The notes under the pieces: model-generated | Told to the model about the DNA's origin: nothing | Seen by the model: the letters and a program-made list of their open reading frames with translations, nothing else | Database searches by the model: none | Shown: piece after piece, positions 8,492-16,805 of the stretch | How positions within the stretch are numbered: the stretch's first letter is position 1 | Layout of the letters: each line of letters starts with the position of its first letter | From: Nitrososphaeraceae archaeon | GTDB lineage: Archaea > Thermoproteota > Nitrososphaeria > Nitrososphaerales > Nitrososphaeraceae | Length of the DNA: 24,000 bases | Direction: 5' to 3' | NCBI GenBank assembly: GCA_013114725.1 | Contig: QCWD01000015.1 | Location: forward strand, 1 to 24,000 | Translations under genes and position numbers: made by a program

Positions 8492-9535
8492 TTGGAAGAT
8501 GATATAATTTACAGGAAATTGCGGCTGATATTAATTGGATTTGGTGTAATAGGTCAAAGTCTTACAAAGCTTTTATTATCAAAATCTGCCGATCTTTACA
8601 ACATTTATGGTATAAAACCAAGAATTGTTGCGTGTATAGACAACAAGGGGGCTGCAATCTCTTCATCTGGTTTAGATTTAGAAAGATTACTCAATATAAA
8701 AAAAAGTAAAGGAACTGTAGCCAGATATAGTGATAAAAAAGTTGCGATGAATTCCTTGGAGATAATTGAAAATACAGAAGCAGAAATTGTTTTAGAGCTT
8801 ACACCCACCAATCTAGAGAATGCGGAGCCTGGTCTTTCTCATTTGATAAGCGCAATGAGATCTGGAAAGCACATAATAACTGCAAACAAGGGACCACTTT
8901 CTTTAGCTTTACCATCATTGTTAGAATTAGCAGATTATAATGGAATTATGTTTAGATTTAGTGGCACAGTAGGTGGAGGGACCCCTATTTTAGAATATGC
9001 AAAACATTGTCTAAAGGGCGATAGAATAATATCATTTCGGGGTATTCTTAATGGTACAACAAATTATATCCTAAGTAAAATGGAAACCGGACTAGATTTT
9101 AAACAAGCACTTTCTGATGCACAAAAAAATGGGTATGCAGAAGCTAAACCGTCTCTAGATGTCGATGGATACGATGCTGCGGCCAAATTAGTAATAATGG
9201 CAAATTGGATAATGGGAATGAAGGTAACGATGAAAAATGTGAACATGTTTGGTATTAGCAAGATAACCTTAGATGATATAAATAAAGCCAAAAATAAAAA
9301 ATGCGCAATAAAATTGATTGCAAGTTGCGAAAATAAAGTGTTAGAGGTAAAACCCATTGAAATTGATATAAACGATCCAATATGTGTAGACGGAACACTA
9401 AATGCAGTCAAATTTACTCTAGAACATGCAGGCGAACAAACGATAATAGGAAAAGGTGCTGGAGGAATAGAAACAGCAAGTGCAGTTTTGAGGGATATGA
9501 TAGAGATACGTGACAATATAATAAATAAAATTTGA
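8492..9535 (+). CDS. hom: homoserine dehydrogenase
   Basis: NAD-binding LILIGFGVIGQSL, then TANKGPL, GTVGGGTPI, GILNGTTNYILSKM, AQKNGYAEAKPSLDVDGYDAAAKL. The TTG start at 8492 is uncertain and an internal TTG at 8519 is possible. Confidence 0.9.
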   Translation: MEDDIIYRKLRLILIGFGVIGQSLTKLLLSKSADLYNIYGIKPRIVACIDNKGAAISSSGLDLERLLNIKKSKGTVARYSDKKVAMNSLEIIENTEAEIVLELTPTNLENAEPGLSHLISAMRSGKHIITANKGPLSLALPSLLELADYNGIMFRFSGTVGGGTPILEYAKHCLKGDRIISFRGILNGTTNYILSKMETGLDFKQALSDAQKNGYAEAKPSLDVDGYDAAAKLVIMANWIMGMKVTMKNVNMFGISKITLDDINKAKNKKCAIKLIASCENKVLEVKPIEIDINDPICVDGTLNAVKFTLEHAGEQTIIGKGAGGIETASAVLRDMIEIRDNIINKI

Positions 9536-9777
9536 TAATTCTAGATTTTAAATTTAAAAAATATTACATATGATTTATTTGTTTTTGACTAAATAATCAT
9601 ATAATTTCCATAGAATGGCGGATATTATCATTTATATTTGTATTCTATCCAATAGACATAAATTAATATTCACTTGTCGAAATACAATGAAAAATGAAAG
9701 ATAGCAAATTTTTCATTTTAATATAATTTTAATATTGAAAAGAATTATTAGCCAGTTTTGTAATTTTATATATAAAA

Positions 9778-10431
9778 ATGTATAGTGGAGAAATGGAAAT
9801 TCAGGCCAAGCGAAAAACTCTTGCAGTTTTACATGATGAAGTTAACAGAATTTTAAATTCATCTAGAGAATTATCCCAACTAGTATCATGTCTTACCGAT
9901 CAAAAAGATAATGAAGTTCAGCGATGCATTGACAAAATGAAAGACGGAGAAGAAGAGGTTAAAACCATTAAAAGCAAAATAACTCGTGAAGTTGCAGAAA
10001 TAGGGAGTTTAATGTTGTATAGAGAAGATGTATTAAGAACTGCATACATTATCGATGATATCGCAGGATATATTAGCGGAACTGCATTTAGATTATCAAA
10101 TATCAAACCGTCAACGTTGCAGAATGGAAATTTAGATATAGATTTGAAAGAGTTGATAGGAATGGCAGTAGATTTAATTTTTAAGCTTAATGAGATGACA
10201 AGAGCATTAAGTATTAATCCTGCAGGAATATTAGACCTAGCCCATGAAGTTCAAAGATTAGAAAAAGAAGTTGATGCAAAATACAGAAATATGATAATTA
10301 ACGTATTAAATGAGATAACATCCAATAAGGATTTATTGTTATTAAAAGATGCAATAGAAGGAATCGAGGGAATGGCTGACAAATGTCAAGAGGCCTCAGA
10401 TTCTCTAACTATTTTAGCAATGAGTATTTAA
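9778..10431 (+). CDS. DUF47 / PhoU-like family protein (COG1392-type)
   Basis: All-helical two-repeat pattern with GEEEV...REDVLRTAYIIDDIAGYISG and LEKEVDAKYRNM...LKDAIEGIEGMADKCQEASD, as in DUF47 proteins. Confidence 0.55.
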   Translation: MYSGEMEIQAKRKTLAVLHDEVNRILNSSRELSQLVSCLTDQKDNEVQRCIDKMKDGEEEVKTIKSKITREVAEIGSLMLYREDVLRTAYIIDDIAGYISGTAFRLSNIKPSTLQNGNLDIDLKELIGMAVDLIFKLNEMTRALSINPAGILDLAHEVQRLEKEVDAKYRNMIINVLNEITSNKDLLLLKDAIEGIEGMADKCQEASDSLTILAMSI

Positions 10432-10985
10432 TGAATAAGAAACTGATAGGAATTTTAATAGAGAACAGAATTCTAATTGAAGATATCGAACATTCCCGTT
10501 ATTTATATTCAAATGGATATTTTGGCAAACCAATAGGCGTGCCAAAACCAAGAGGTATTCAGTTTGATTCGTCATTAGTGTTAGATCTGATTGAGGGATA
10601 TTATCTATTAGAGAGAAAAAAATTATCAATTTTTGATTCTATGGAAAAAGAAATTACATCTGATGATCTTAGAAAAATATGTAGAGTAGAGTACAATGAT
10701 TTTGATTTGAAATACATGGTTTACAAAGAGCTAAGAGAATTCAAATATGTTTTGACTTCAGGAATCAAATTTGGATGTGATTTTGCTTTGTATGAACATG
10801 GGCCAGGTATTGACCATGCGCCATTTTTAGTTCAGGTTTATAACCAAGAAAAAAAAATTAATGCGATAGAAATTGTATTGGCAGGTAGATTAGCTACTAC
10901 CGTAAAAAAACAATTCATAATTGCAATTCCAAAACCAAAAGAAAAAATAATCGATTTTATAGGTTTTGATTGGTGGAGAGCATAA
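10431..10985 (+). CDS. endA: tRNA-splicing endonuclease
   Basis: The catalytic C-terminal domain YKELREFKYVLTSGIKFGCDFALYEHGPGIDHAPFLVQV...LAGRLATTVKKQFIIAI matches the EndA signature. I chose the ATG at 10431 (TAATG overlap with the upstream stop) over the track start at 10383. Confidence 0.85.
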   Translation: MNKKLIGILIENRILIEDIEHSRYLYSNGYFGKPIGVPKPRGIQFDSSLVLDLIEGYYLLERKKLSIFDSMEKEITSDDLRKICRVEYNDFDLKYMVYKELREFKYVLTSGIKFGCDFALYEHGPGIDHAPFLVQVYNQEKKINAIEIVLAGRLATTVKKQFIIAIPKPKEKIIDFIGFDWWRA

Positions 10986-11516
10986 AAGGATTTAACAATC
11001 AAATTTCATATAATTCCTGGGTATAGTTATCTAGATTCTATTTCGAATAAATTTTAAATACAACTGTTATATGTTTGAGATTTTAGACAAAAATAAATTT
11101 TAATAACATAAGATTTATGATTCACTTTGTAGTCATAGGTTTAAATAATTTTAGTCAAAACATGTAGATGGTTATGATTACAGAGTAATTATCACTGTAG
11201 ACAATTTAAGAATTATATCATAGTATGTAAATTTTAGTAAAAGTTAGAAGTTCAGATAGATACCAAGATAGTACACGTTAGTTTTTTTAGTTATTTTATT
11301 GAATATAGTACTATTTTATAAATATCCATAAAAAAAATTTTAAAATTAAGATTCTATCTTTATTTATTATAAAATTCTTAACTTTTCTTTTTAGCCTATT
11401 TAAGAGAAAATACGTTTATCAAATTTATTAATTGCTAAATCTTTTTTCATCACAGAGAATGACAATTGTCATGACATCGTTGTGTTAAATAGACATAAGT
11501 TTTAATAATAAAGCAC

Positions 11517-11870
11517 ATGAAAAAAGAAGATAATAAAAAAATATCAACAGTATTATTGATGATAATAATAACAGGAATGATAGCAATTCCCTTTGGTGAT
11601 CCTAGATTAATAATTATTTCAATAGGTTTAGAACTGTCGTTTATTGTATTATTAATTTTAACGCTCAAGAAAAAAGATATTGCACTATACTTTTGCATCA
11701 TAATCAGTTTGATTGTAATTATTGGGAATTCTTTAGCTCCTCCTCATATTAATATAATTATGACTTTTTCAAAGCCCCTGAATGCAATATTATTAATAAT
11801 TGGAGGATATGTTTTGCAAATTTTATTATTATACTATTCTGTAAAAATCTTGAAACGTGATAAAATATAG
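11517..11870 (+). CDS. small integral membrane protein (117 aa, about 4 TM)
   Basis: ATG start, basic N-terminus, then four hydrophobic stretches. No family recognised. Confidence 0.45.
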   Translation: MKKEDNKKISTVLLMIIITGMIAIPFGDPRLIIISIGLELSFIVLLILTLKKKDIALYFCIIISLIVIIGNSLAPPHINIIMTFSKPLNAILLIIGGYVLQILLLYYSVKILKRDKI

Positions 11871-11920
11871 GATATAATTAATAAAGATAAAATATATCTT
11901 TATTTGATAGTATTTTTTAT

Positions 11921-12145
11921 ATGAATAGAATAAAAAGGATCGCAAACGAACTTTTAGAAAAGCATCCAAGCAATTTCTCAGATAATTTTGAACAAAATAA
12001 GAAAATAATGAAAGAATTAACCATAGTAAGATCAAAGAGTCTGAGAAACAGAGTTGCTGGATATATTGCATCTAAACTAGGCAGAGAGATGAGAGAAAGT
12101 AAAGAGTCAGCTTCAATTACAGTTGAATCAGAAGTTCAAGATTGA
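11921..12145 (+). CDS. rps17e: ribosomal protein eS17 (S17e)
   Basis: MNRIKRIANELLEKHPSNFSDNFEQNKKIMKELTIVRSKSLRNRVAGYIA matches the conserved S17e N-terminal pattern (IKR-A-EL-EK...F-DF-NK...SK-LRN-IAGYI). Confidence 0.9.
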   Translation: MNRIKRIANELLEKHPSNFSDNFEQNKKIMKELTIVRSKSLRNRVAGYIASKLGREMRESKESASITVESEVQD

Positions 12146-12396
12146 TCGAGATACAATTACTAGGTGGTGCAAAAAAAGCAATTGGTCTTGAAAAAATTAT
12201 TTTGAATAAAGAATTTGATACTGTTAGAAATATTTTGGAATTTCTTAAAGGAAAATCGATGATTCCTCATGTTTTAAACAAAAATAACATCATGATTTCA
12301 ATAAATGGTATAGATTCAAATGTTTATGATGGACAGGAAACGGTAGTGAAATCAGGCGACCTCGTTGTAGTAGTAACAATAGTGCATGGTGGATAA
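12142..12396 (+). CDS. ubiquitin-like beta-grasp protein (MoaD/ThiS/SAMP family) ending in Gly-Gly
   Basis: 84 aa. The C-terminus VKSGDLVVVVTIVHGG* carries the diglycine directly before the stop. The called TTG start overlaps the eS17 TGA stop by 4 nt (TTGA). Confidence 0.65.
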   Translation: MIEIQLLGGAKKAIGLEKIILNKEFDTVRNILEFLKGKSMIPHVLNKNNIMISINGIDSNVYDGQETVVKSGDLVVVVTIVHGG

Positions 12397-12417
12397 ATAA
12401 ATTGAATAATAAAGTAT

Positions 12418-12954
12418 ATGAAAATATCTGAAATTTTTGGTGTACAAGATTTTTTTGTTGTAGTATGTGAATTTTTTTATAACAATATCAATACGGATGA
12501 TAAAGATCCCAAAACAATACTTGAAATTATTAGATATAATTTAGATGAAGTGCATATTCAGATTGTAAATGAATCAATTGTTTTGAATACAAAGTATATA
12601 AAAGAAGTTCTCAAGATTTCGATCGAGTCGTATAAGAGGGGGATATTAGCAACAAAAAAACTTGAGACAGATCTCCTGATGAGACTCTCACATTGTGATC
12701 AGATTTTTGAAGCTATTAAAATTGGAGGAATAAAAGAAAATTCATTAAACTATGTAATAATATTTTCAAAAAATAAAAAAGAAGTAAAAGAAGCCATAAA
12801 AAAGATAAAAAATGAAATTAAAAAATTTGAAATGTTATCAAATAAAAAAGACAGAGAACATCTTTATGAAAATAAGAGTAAAATGCATGTGAAAAATACA
12901 AAGGAGATATTACAATATTTTGTTGAAAGAGCTTCACTCATAACAGAAAAATAA
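12418..12954 (+). CDS. cgi121: KEOPS complex subunit Cgi121-like
   Basis: The central segment KLETDLLMRLSHCDQIFEAIKIGGIKENSLNYVIIF resembles the Cgi121 signature (s-x-E-x-LL-x-sg-x-qI-x-AI-x-x-G). Size is 178 aa. Confidence 0.55.
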   Translation: MKISEIFGVQDFFVVVCEFFYNNINTDDKDPKTILEIIRYNLDEVHIQIVNESIVLNTKYIKEVLKISIESYKRGILATKKLETDLLMRLSHCDQIFEAIKIGGIKENSLNYVIIFSKNKKEVKEAIKKIKNEIKKFEMLSNKKDREHLYENKSKMHVKNTKEILQYFVERASLITEK

Positions 12955-12988
12955 TAAATGAAAACCAACTAGATAGCATCCAGAGAAA

Positions 12989-14344
12989 TCAGTCAACTAT
13001 TAAATTGAGTAATGCTCCATCATTTTCTCCATTAATCTTATCTATCAAAATTGAAAATCGATTATCTTTAGAATACGGAAATATAAAGTCTTTAGTCAAA
13101 GCTCCAAAGTCTGACGAAATATGTTCCCGATATATTTCCTTGTCATTATTTAGAATTATAAAATCAAAATAGGTATGCCTTAAAAGATCTCCGGTTTCTG
13201 GATTTTGGATATTTATAATAAATGTTATAGGTTTTTCAAAGATAATTTTTTCAGGATTCCAAGATATTTGAAATAGATATTTATTTTTTAATGAAAGAAG
13301 CTCAAGTGGAAACTTTGGCTGCTCAGAGGTGAATAAAGAAAACAACGCTTGGTCCGGAAATGGAATTAGATTTGCAGAAATAGTCATTTTTCTCACGAAT
13401 TGATCTAATTTATCGGAACTTATAACCATATGAATAATTCTATAAATATCTGATGAGTAATCGTCGATTAGTATTGATTTGGTGGGTAAGATATTGTTAT
13501 TAAGTGTCCCAATATAGCCTTTTTTTTTCGCAAAGAATGAATCTTTAGGTATAAATAGTTCGTGATGCAAAAATGATACCTGATTCACATATGATTGATT
13601 CCAATCAAATGGCATCTGAAAATTAATTACCTGTGTTTGATTCTTTTCGCTATAATTAAAATTATGGATTTTATCATAATATGATTTTATCATAATATGT
13701 GTAAGATTTATGTCATATAAACTTTGATCAATGTTTGGTATATCAAATTGTTCAGTTTGACCAACAGTAATGAACAAATCTACAGACTTTTTTTGAACTA
13801 TGTCGATTTTTGAAACATTAGAGCCGTAGGTAAGGATAACAGGTTTTAATTCTAAAGAGAAATGATAAAGTCCGCCTGTTGAAAAAATCCTGCTTTTTAT
13901 TGACGCAGGATTATCTTTACCAATTCCTGATATACATGAATTATGTTCCTTAATATGTTCTGATAAATATATCTTCTCGACTTCAGCAGTATAATCAGGT
14001 ATTAATTTAGCAAAAATAATTCCATCTTGTGGTATAAAACATTGACTTAAAATAACTTTATTTCCTGTTTTAATTGTGAGATTATATTCTAAATCTTTAA
14101 CGGTTTCATTACTCAAAGAATCAAAAGTTCGAATTAACATTGTTGGTTCAAGTTTACTGCCATTTTCAATATCTTCTATTAATGAAGGATATAATCTACC
14201 TTCCACGGTGAAAGATTTACCGTTATTATCAATAATTTCATATTGGTCTTTGCTTAGACCATGACCATGTACTTCATTTGAAGTAGTCATATAAAAAATA
14301 GAGAATAATGATATTATGATGATAGCAAAAGAAAGATTCGCCAT
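12989..14344 (-). CDS. secreted hypothetical protein (451 aa)
   Basis: The N-terminal signal or anchor MANLSFAIIIISLFSIFYMTTSNEVHG is followed by HGL. The remainder is Asn/Ile/Phe-rich and looks beta-rich. No family recognised. Confidence 0.6.
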   Translation of the reverse strand: MANLSFAIIIISLFSIFYMTTSNEVHGHGLSKDQYEIIDNNGKSFTVEGRLYPSLIEDIENGSKLEPTMLIRTFDSLSNETVKDLEYNLTIKTGNKVILSQCFIPQDGIIFAKLIPDYTAEVEKIYLSEHIKEHNSCISGIGKDNPASIKSRIFSTGGLYHFSLELKPVILTYGSNVSKIDIVQKKSVDLFITVGQTEQFDIPNIDQSLYDINLTHIMIKSYYDKIHNFNYSEKNQTQVINFQMPFDWNQSYVNQVSFLHHELFIPKDSFFAKKKGYIGTLNNNILPTKSILIDDYSSDIYRIIHMVISSDKLDQFVRKMTISANLIPFPDQALFSLFTSEQPKFPLELLSLKNKYLFQISWNPEKIIFEKPITFIINIQNPETGDLLRHTYFDFIILNNDKEIYREHISSDFGALTKDFIFPYSKDNRFSILIDKINGENDGALLNLIVD

Positions 14345-14673
14345 AAGAATTATTAAAGATTGAAGCTATCTATTATTGTTATCGAGATTAGTAAATATCA
14401 ATCCCTTTTTGTTTGACAAATCAAGATTATCGCATAAATAATCTAATTTGAAATTTTCATAACTCTAAATTTGGTCAATTCCCATCTGTATCTAAAAAGT
14501 TATGAAAATAGAATATATATATGAAGTAATCAATGGATTAGTTTCAATAGATTAATTGGTATTTATTTAAGATATGAACCATTTTTATTTAAAATACATC
14601 AAATGGATGTGGTTACACATAATCCAATAATTAATTTAATATAAAACAAATGTATCTAATATTATGAAAACAG

Positions 14674-15405
14674 TTGGATTGTTTTGAAGGTAGTATAACA
14701 ATTAAGCATCTTTCTATTTTAAGTATTATTTTATCGTTAGTAATATTATTTACTGGTATAATCTATAACGACGTTTATGCACATAACGAAATTCAAATAG
14801 GAAATTTTACGATTTCTGCAGGATGGGAAATAGAACCTCCTTTATTGAATGTCCTAAATAATATAGTAATGGAGGTTACCAAAAGTGAAGGTACCCCGGT
14901 TAGAAATGCATTACTGAATACTATCATAGATATCAGATTTGGAGGACTGACAAAAGAATTAGGTTTTATGCCCTCAGAGGAATCTCCAAGTATTTATACA
15001 TCACCTATAATACCAAAGAGTCTAGGAAGTTATTCAATTGAGATAAATGGAATGATAGAAAATCAAAAAACAACAGGAGAAATTCAAATTGAAGATGTTG
15101 AAGATCCTATTAAAATTTCATTTCCAAACTTAAACGATAATAATGAACAAACAGCAGACAATAAACAAACCTCGCAGATAGGAAAGGAAGTAAAATCAAT
15201 AATAACCAAACTATCGTTAGATATTGAGGAAACCAAGAATGATATTAATTTTACTAAAAATACAATACAAGGATCGACTAAGGCAACAAAAATGCTTTTA
15301 ACTGAATTAGACAAGGCATATCTTTTGGGATTTATTGCATTAGCAATAGGTATTGTCTCTATAACATTATCAATTTCAAAAAAATCAAGATTAACTTCAA
15401 AATAG
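14674..15405 (+). CDS. secreted protein with a C-terminal TM anchor (243 aa, TTG start as called)
   Basis: The signal-like segment LSILSIILSLVILFTGIIYNDVYA is followed by HNEIQIGNFTISAGWEIEPP. The C-terminal hydrophobic anchor LLGFIALAIGIVSITLSI is followed by a basic tail. Confidence 0.6.
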   Translation: MDCFEGSITIKHLSILSIILSLVILFTGIIYNDVYAHNEIQIGNFTISAGWEIEPPLLNVLNNIVMEVTKSEGTPVRNALLNTIIDIRFGGLTKELGFMPSEESPSIYTSPIIPKSLGSYSIEINGMIENQKTTGEIQIEDVEDPIKISFPNLNDNNEQTADNKQTSQIGKEVKSIITKLSLDIEETKNDINFTKNTIQGSTKATKMLLTELDKAYLLGFIALAIGIVSITLSISKKSRLTSK

Positions 15406-15506
15406 AATCGGTTAGAAAATTCTATAATGTAATTTTTATTCATGAAAATCAAAATATCAATATAAAAGAATGGAATAAATGATGTTTTAATAGGAATCGA
15501 TAAATA

Positions 15507-16805
15507 TTGTCTTTTTTTAAAATATTTAAAGGTTGGAATACGATTGATGAACCTTCAAATGGTACATTAAGTGGAAAAAATTTTTTTGCTTTATGGTCTA
15601 GTTTAGGGGTAGGATTATTAGTTTTATCTACCGGTTCTTTTTTGATAGATTTTGGTTATACCAATTCAATTCTAGCAGTAATCATAGGATCGGCTGTAGG
15701 ATCTTTTTTACTCGCGTTGGCAGGAAAAATAGGAAGCGACAACAAAATACCATCGATAACTAGTGTAAATCCCACATTCGGAAAAATTGGTGTCATTATC
15801 CCAGCTTTTTTCAATATCATTCAATTAATTGGATGGACTACATTTGAAATTATGATAATGTCCAAAGTTATCGAAACTATATCAGATAACTACATTCCAA
15901 ATTACATAAGCTCTGTCATAATCGGCATAATTATAATAATATTTGGAATGATAGGACCTATAAGAGTAATTAAAAGATTCATTGGACAGTTTGTAATTTG
16001 GATCGTTTATACAACATCAATCATTTTATTAGTACATGTATTGATTAATACGAATATTCAAATTTTTGACATTTCAAAAATAGATATGAATTTTTTCGGA
16101 GCGTTTGATATTGTTATTGTAATGCCAATATCGTGGCTACCTCTTGTTGCAGATTACAACAGATTTGCCAAGAAGAGTAAGACAGCATTTTTTGGAACTT
16201 TTATAGGATTTACAATAACAAATTCGATACTTTTTGCAGTTGGATTATTATTTGGAATTTCAGAAATTACAGAGTTAATTTTATCCATCCAAATGATATT
16301 TTTCGGGTTAATTTTATTGATATTATTATTAGACGATATAGATAACGCCTATGCAGATGCATATTCTGCATCAATTTCAACACTCAGTATATTCCCAAAA
16401 TTAGAACAAAAACATTTGATAATTGGAATCATAATATTAAGCACTTATTTATCAATAGCAATTCCAATTGTTCAATACGAGATATTTTTAATATTAATTG
16501 GTGCGATTTTTATTCCTTTATTTGCAGTGGTAATTGCAGATTATTATCTAGTTGATAAAGAAAAATATAAAATTGAAAATATCAATAATTCAAAATTGAA
16601 AATAGGGCGTGCAGCAATATTATCATGGATATTAGGATTAATAGTGTATTATTTGTTTTCACCAATTTCTCCCATATATGTACAGATAGATTATTCAATC
16701 GGATCAGTCATACCCAGTTTTCTCATAGCATTTGGAACATATTTAGTCATCCAGAAAATAAAAAGACAAGAAAAAGAAGATAAATCTTTTGTTTATAAAT
16801 CATAG
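15507..16805 (+). CDS. NCS1-family permease, CytX-like (nucleobase/hydroxymethylpyrimidine-type transporter)
   Basis: About 12 TM segments. FFALWSSLGVG, ALAGKIGSDNKIPSITSVNPTFGKIG, IIQLIGWTTFE and PLVADYNRFAKK match NCS1/CytX patterns. Called with a TTG start. Confidence 0.75.
   Translation: MSFFKIFKGWNTIDEPSNGTLSGKNFFALWSSLGVGLLVLSTGSFLIDFGYTNSILAVIIGSAVGSFLLALAGKIGSDNKIPSITSVNPTFGKIGVIIPAFFNIIQLIGWTTFEIMIMSKVIETISDNYIPNYISSVIIGIIIIIFGMIGPIRVIKRFIGQFVIWIVYTTSIILLVHVLINTNIQIFDISKIDMNFFGAFDIVIVMPISWLPLVADYNRFAKKSKTAFFGTFIGFTITNSILFAVGLLFGISEITELILSIQMIFFGLILLILLLDDIDNAYADAYSASISTLSIFPKLEQKHLIIGIIILSTYLSIAIPIVQYEIFLILIGAIFIPLFAVVIADYYLVDKEKYKIENINNSKLKIGRAAILSWILGLIVYYLFSPISPIYVQIDYSIGSVIPSFLIAFGTYLVIQKIKRQEKEDKSFVYKS

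Noticed and set aside
9064-9516. 150-aa minus-strand ORF, plus the 68-aa ORF at 8605-8811.
   Set aside because: Both are antisense shadows of homoserine dehydrogenase.
9568-9717. Two hairpins downstream of hom. One is 9568-9580 paired with 9591-9602, with one bulge. The other is a perfect 10-bp stem, 9686-9695 paired with 9708-9717.
   Set aside because: The stems are almost exclusively A/T in a very AT-rich spacer. Such palindromes are expected by chance, and archaeal terminators do not require them.
10383-10430. The track start for endA at 10383 gives a 200-aa ORF.
   Set aside because: That extension lies entirely inside the DUF47 gene. The in-frame ATG at 10431 gives MNKKLIGIL and a TAATG stop/start overlap, which is more plausible.
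15084-15452. 122-aa minus-strand ORF. The same applies to the ORFs at 1592-1801, 7327-7512, 9918-10106, 10414-10629, 11450-11701, 11829-12071, 14076-14264, 22617-22985, 23134-23325 and 23800-23985.
   Set aside because: All overlap better-supported genes in antisense or out of frame. They are the hydrophobic or low-complexity products expected from AT-rich shadow frames.
15406-15506. Looked for a TPP riboswitch upstream of the CytX-like permease.
   Set aside because: No CTGAGA core and no GC-containing paired segments are present. The 100-nt leader is almost pure A/T.
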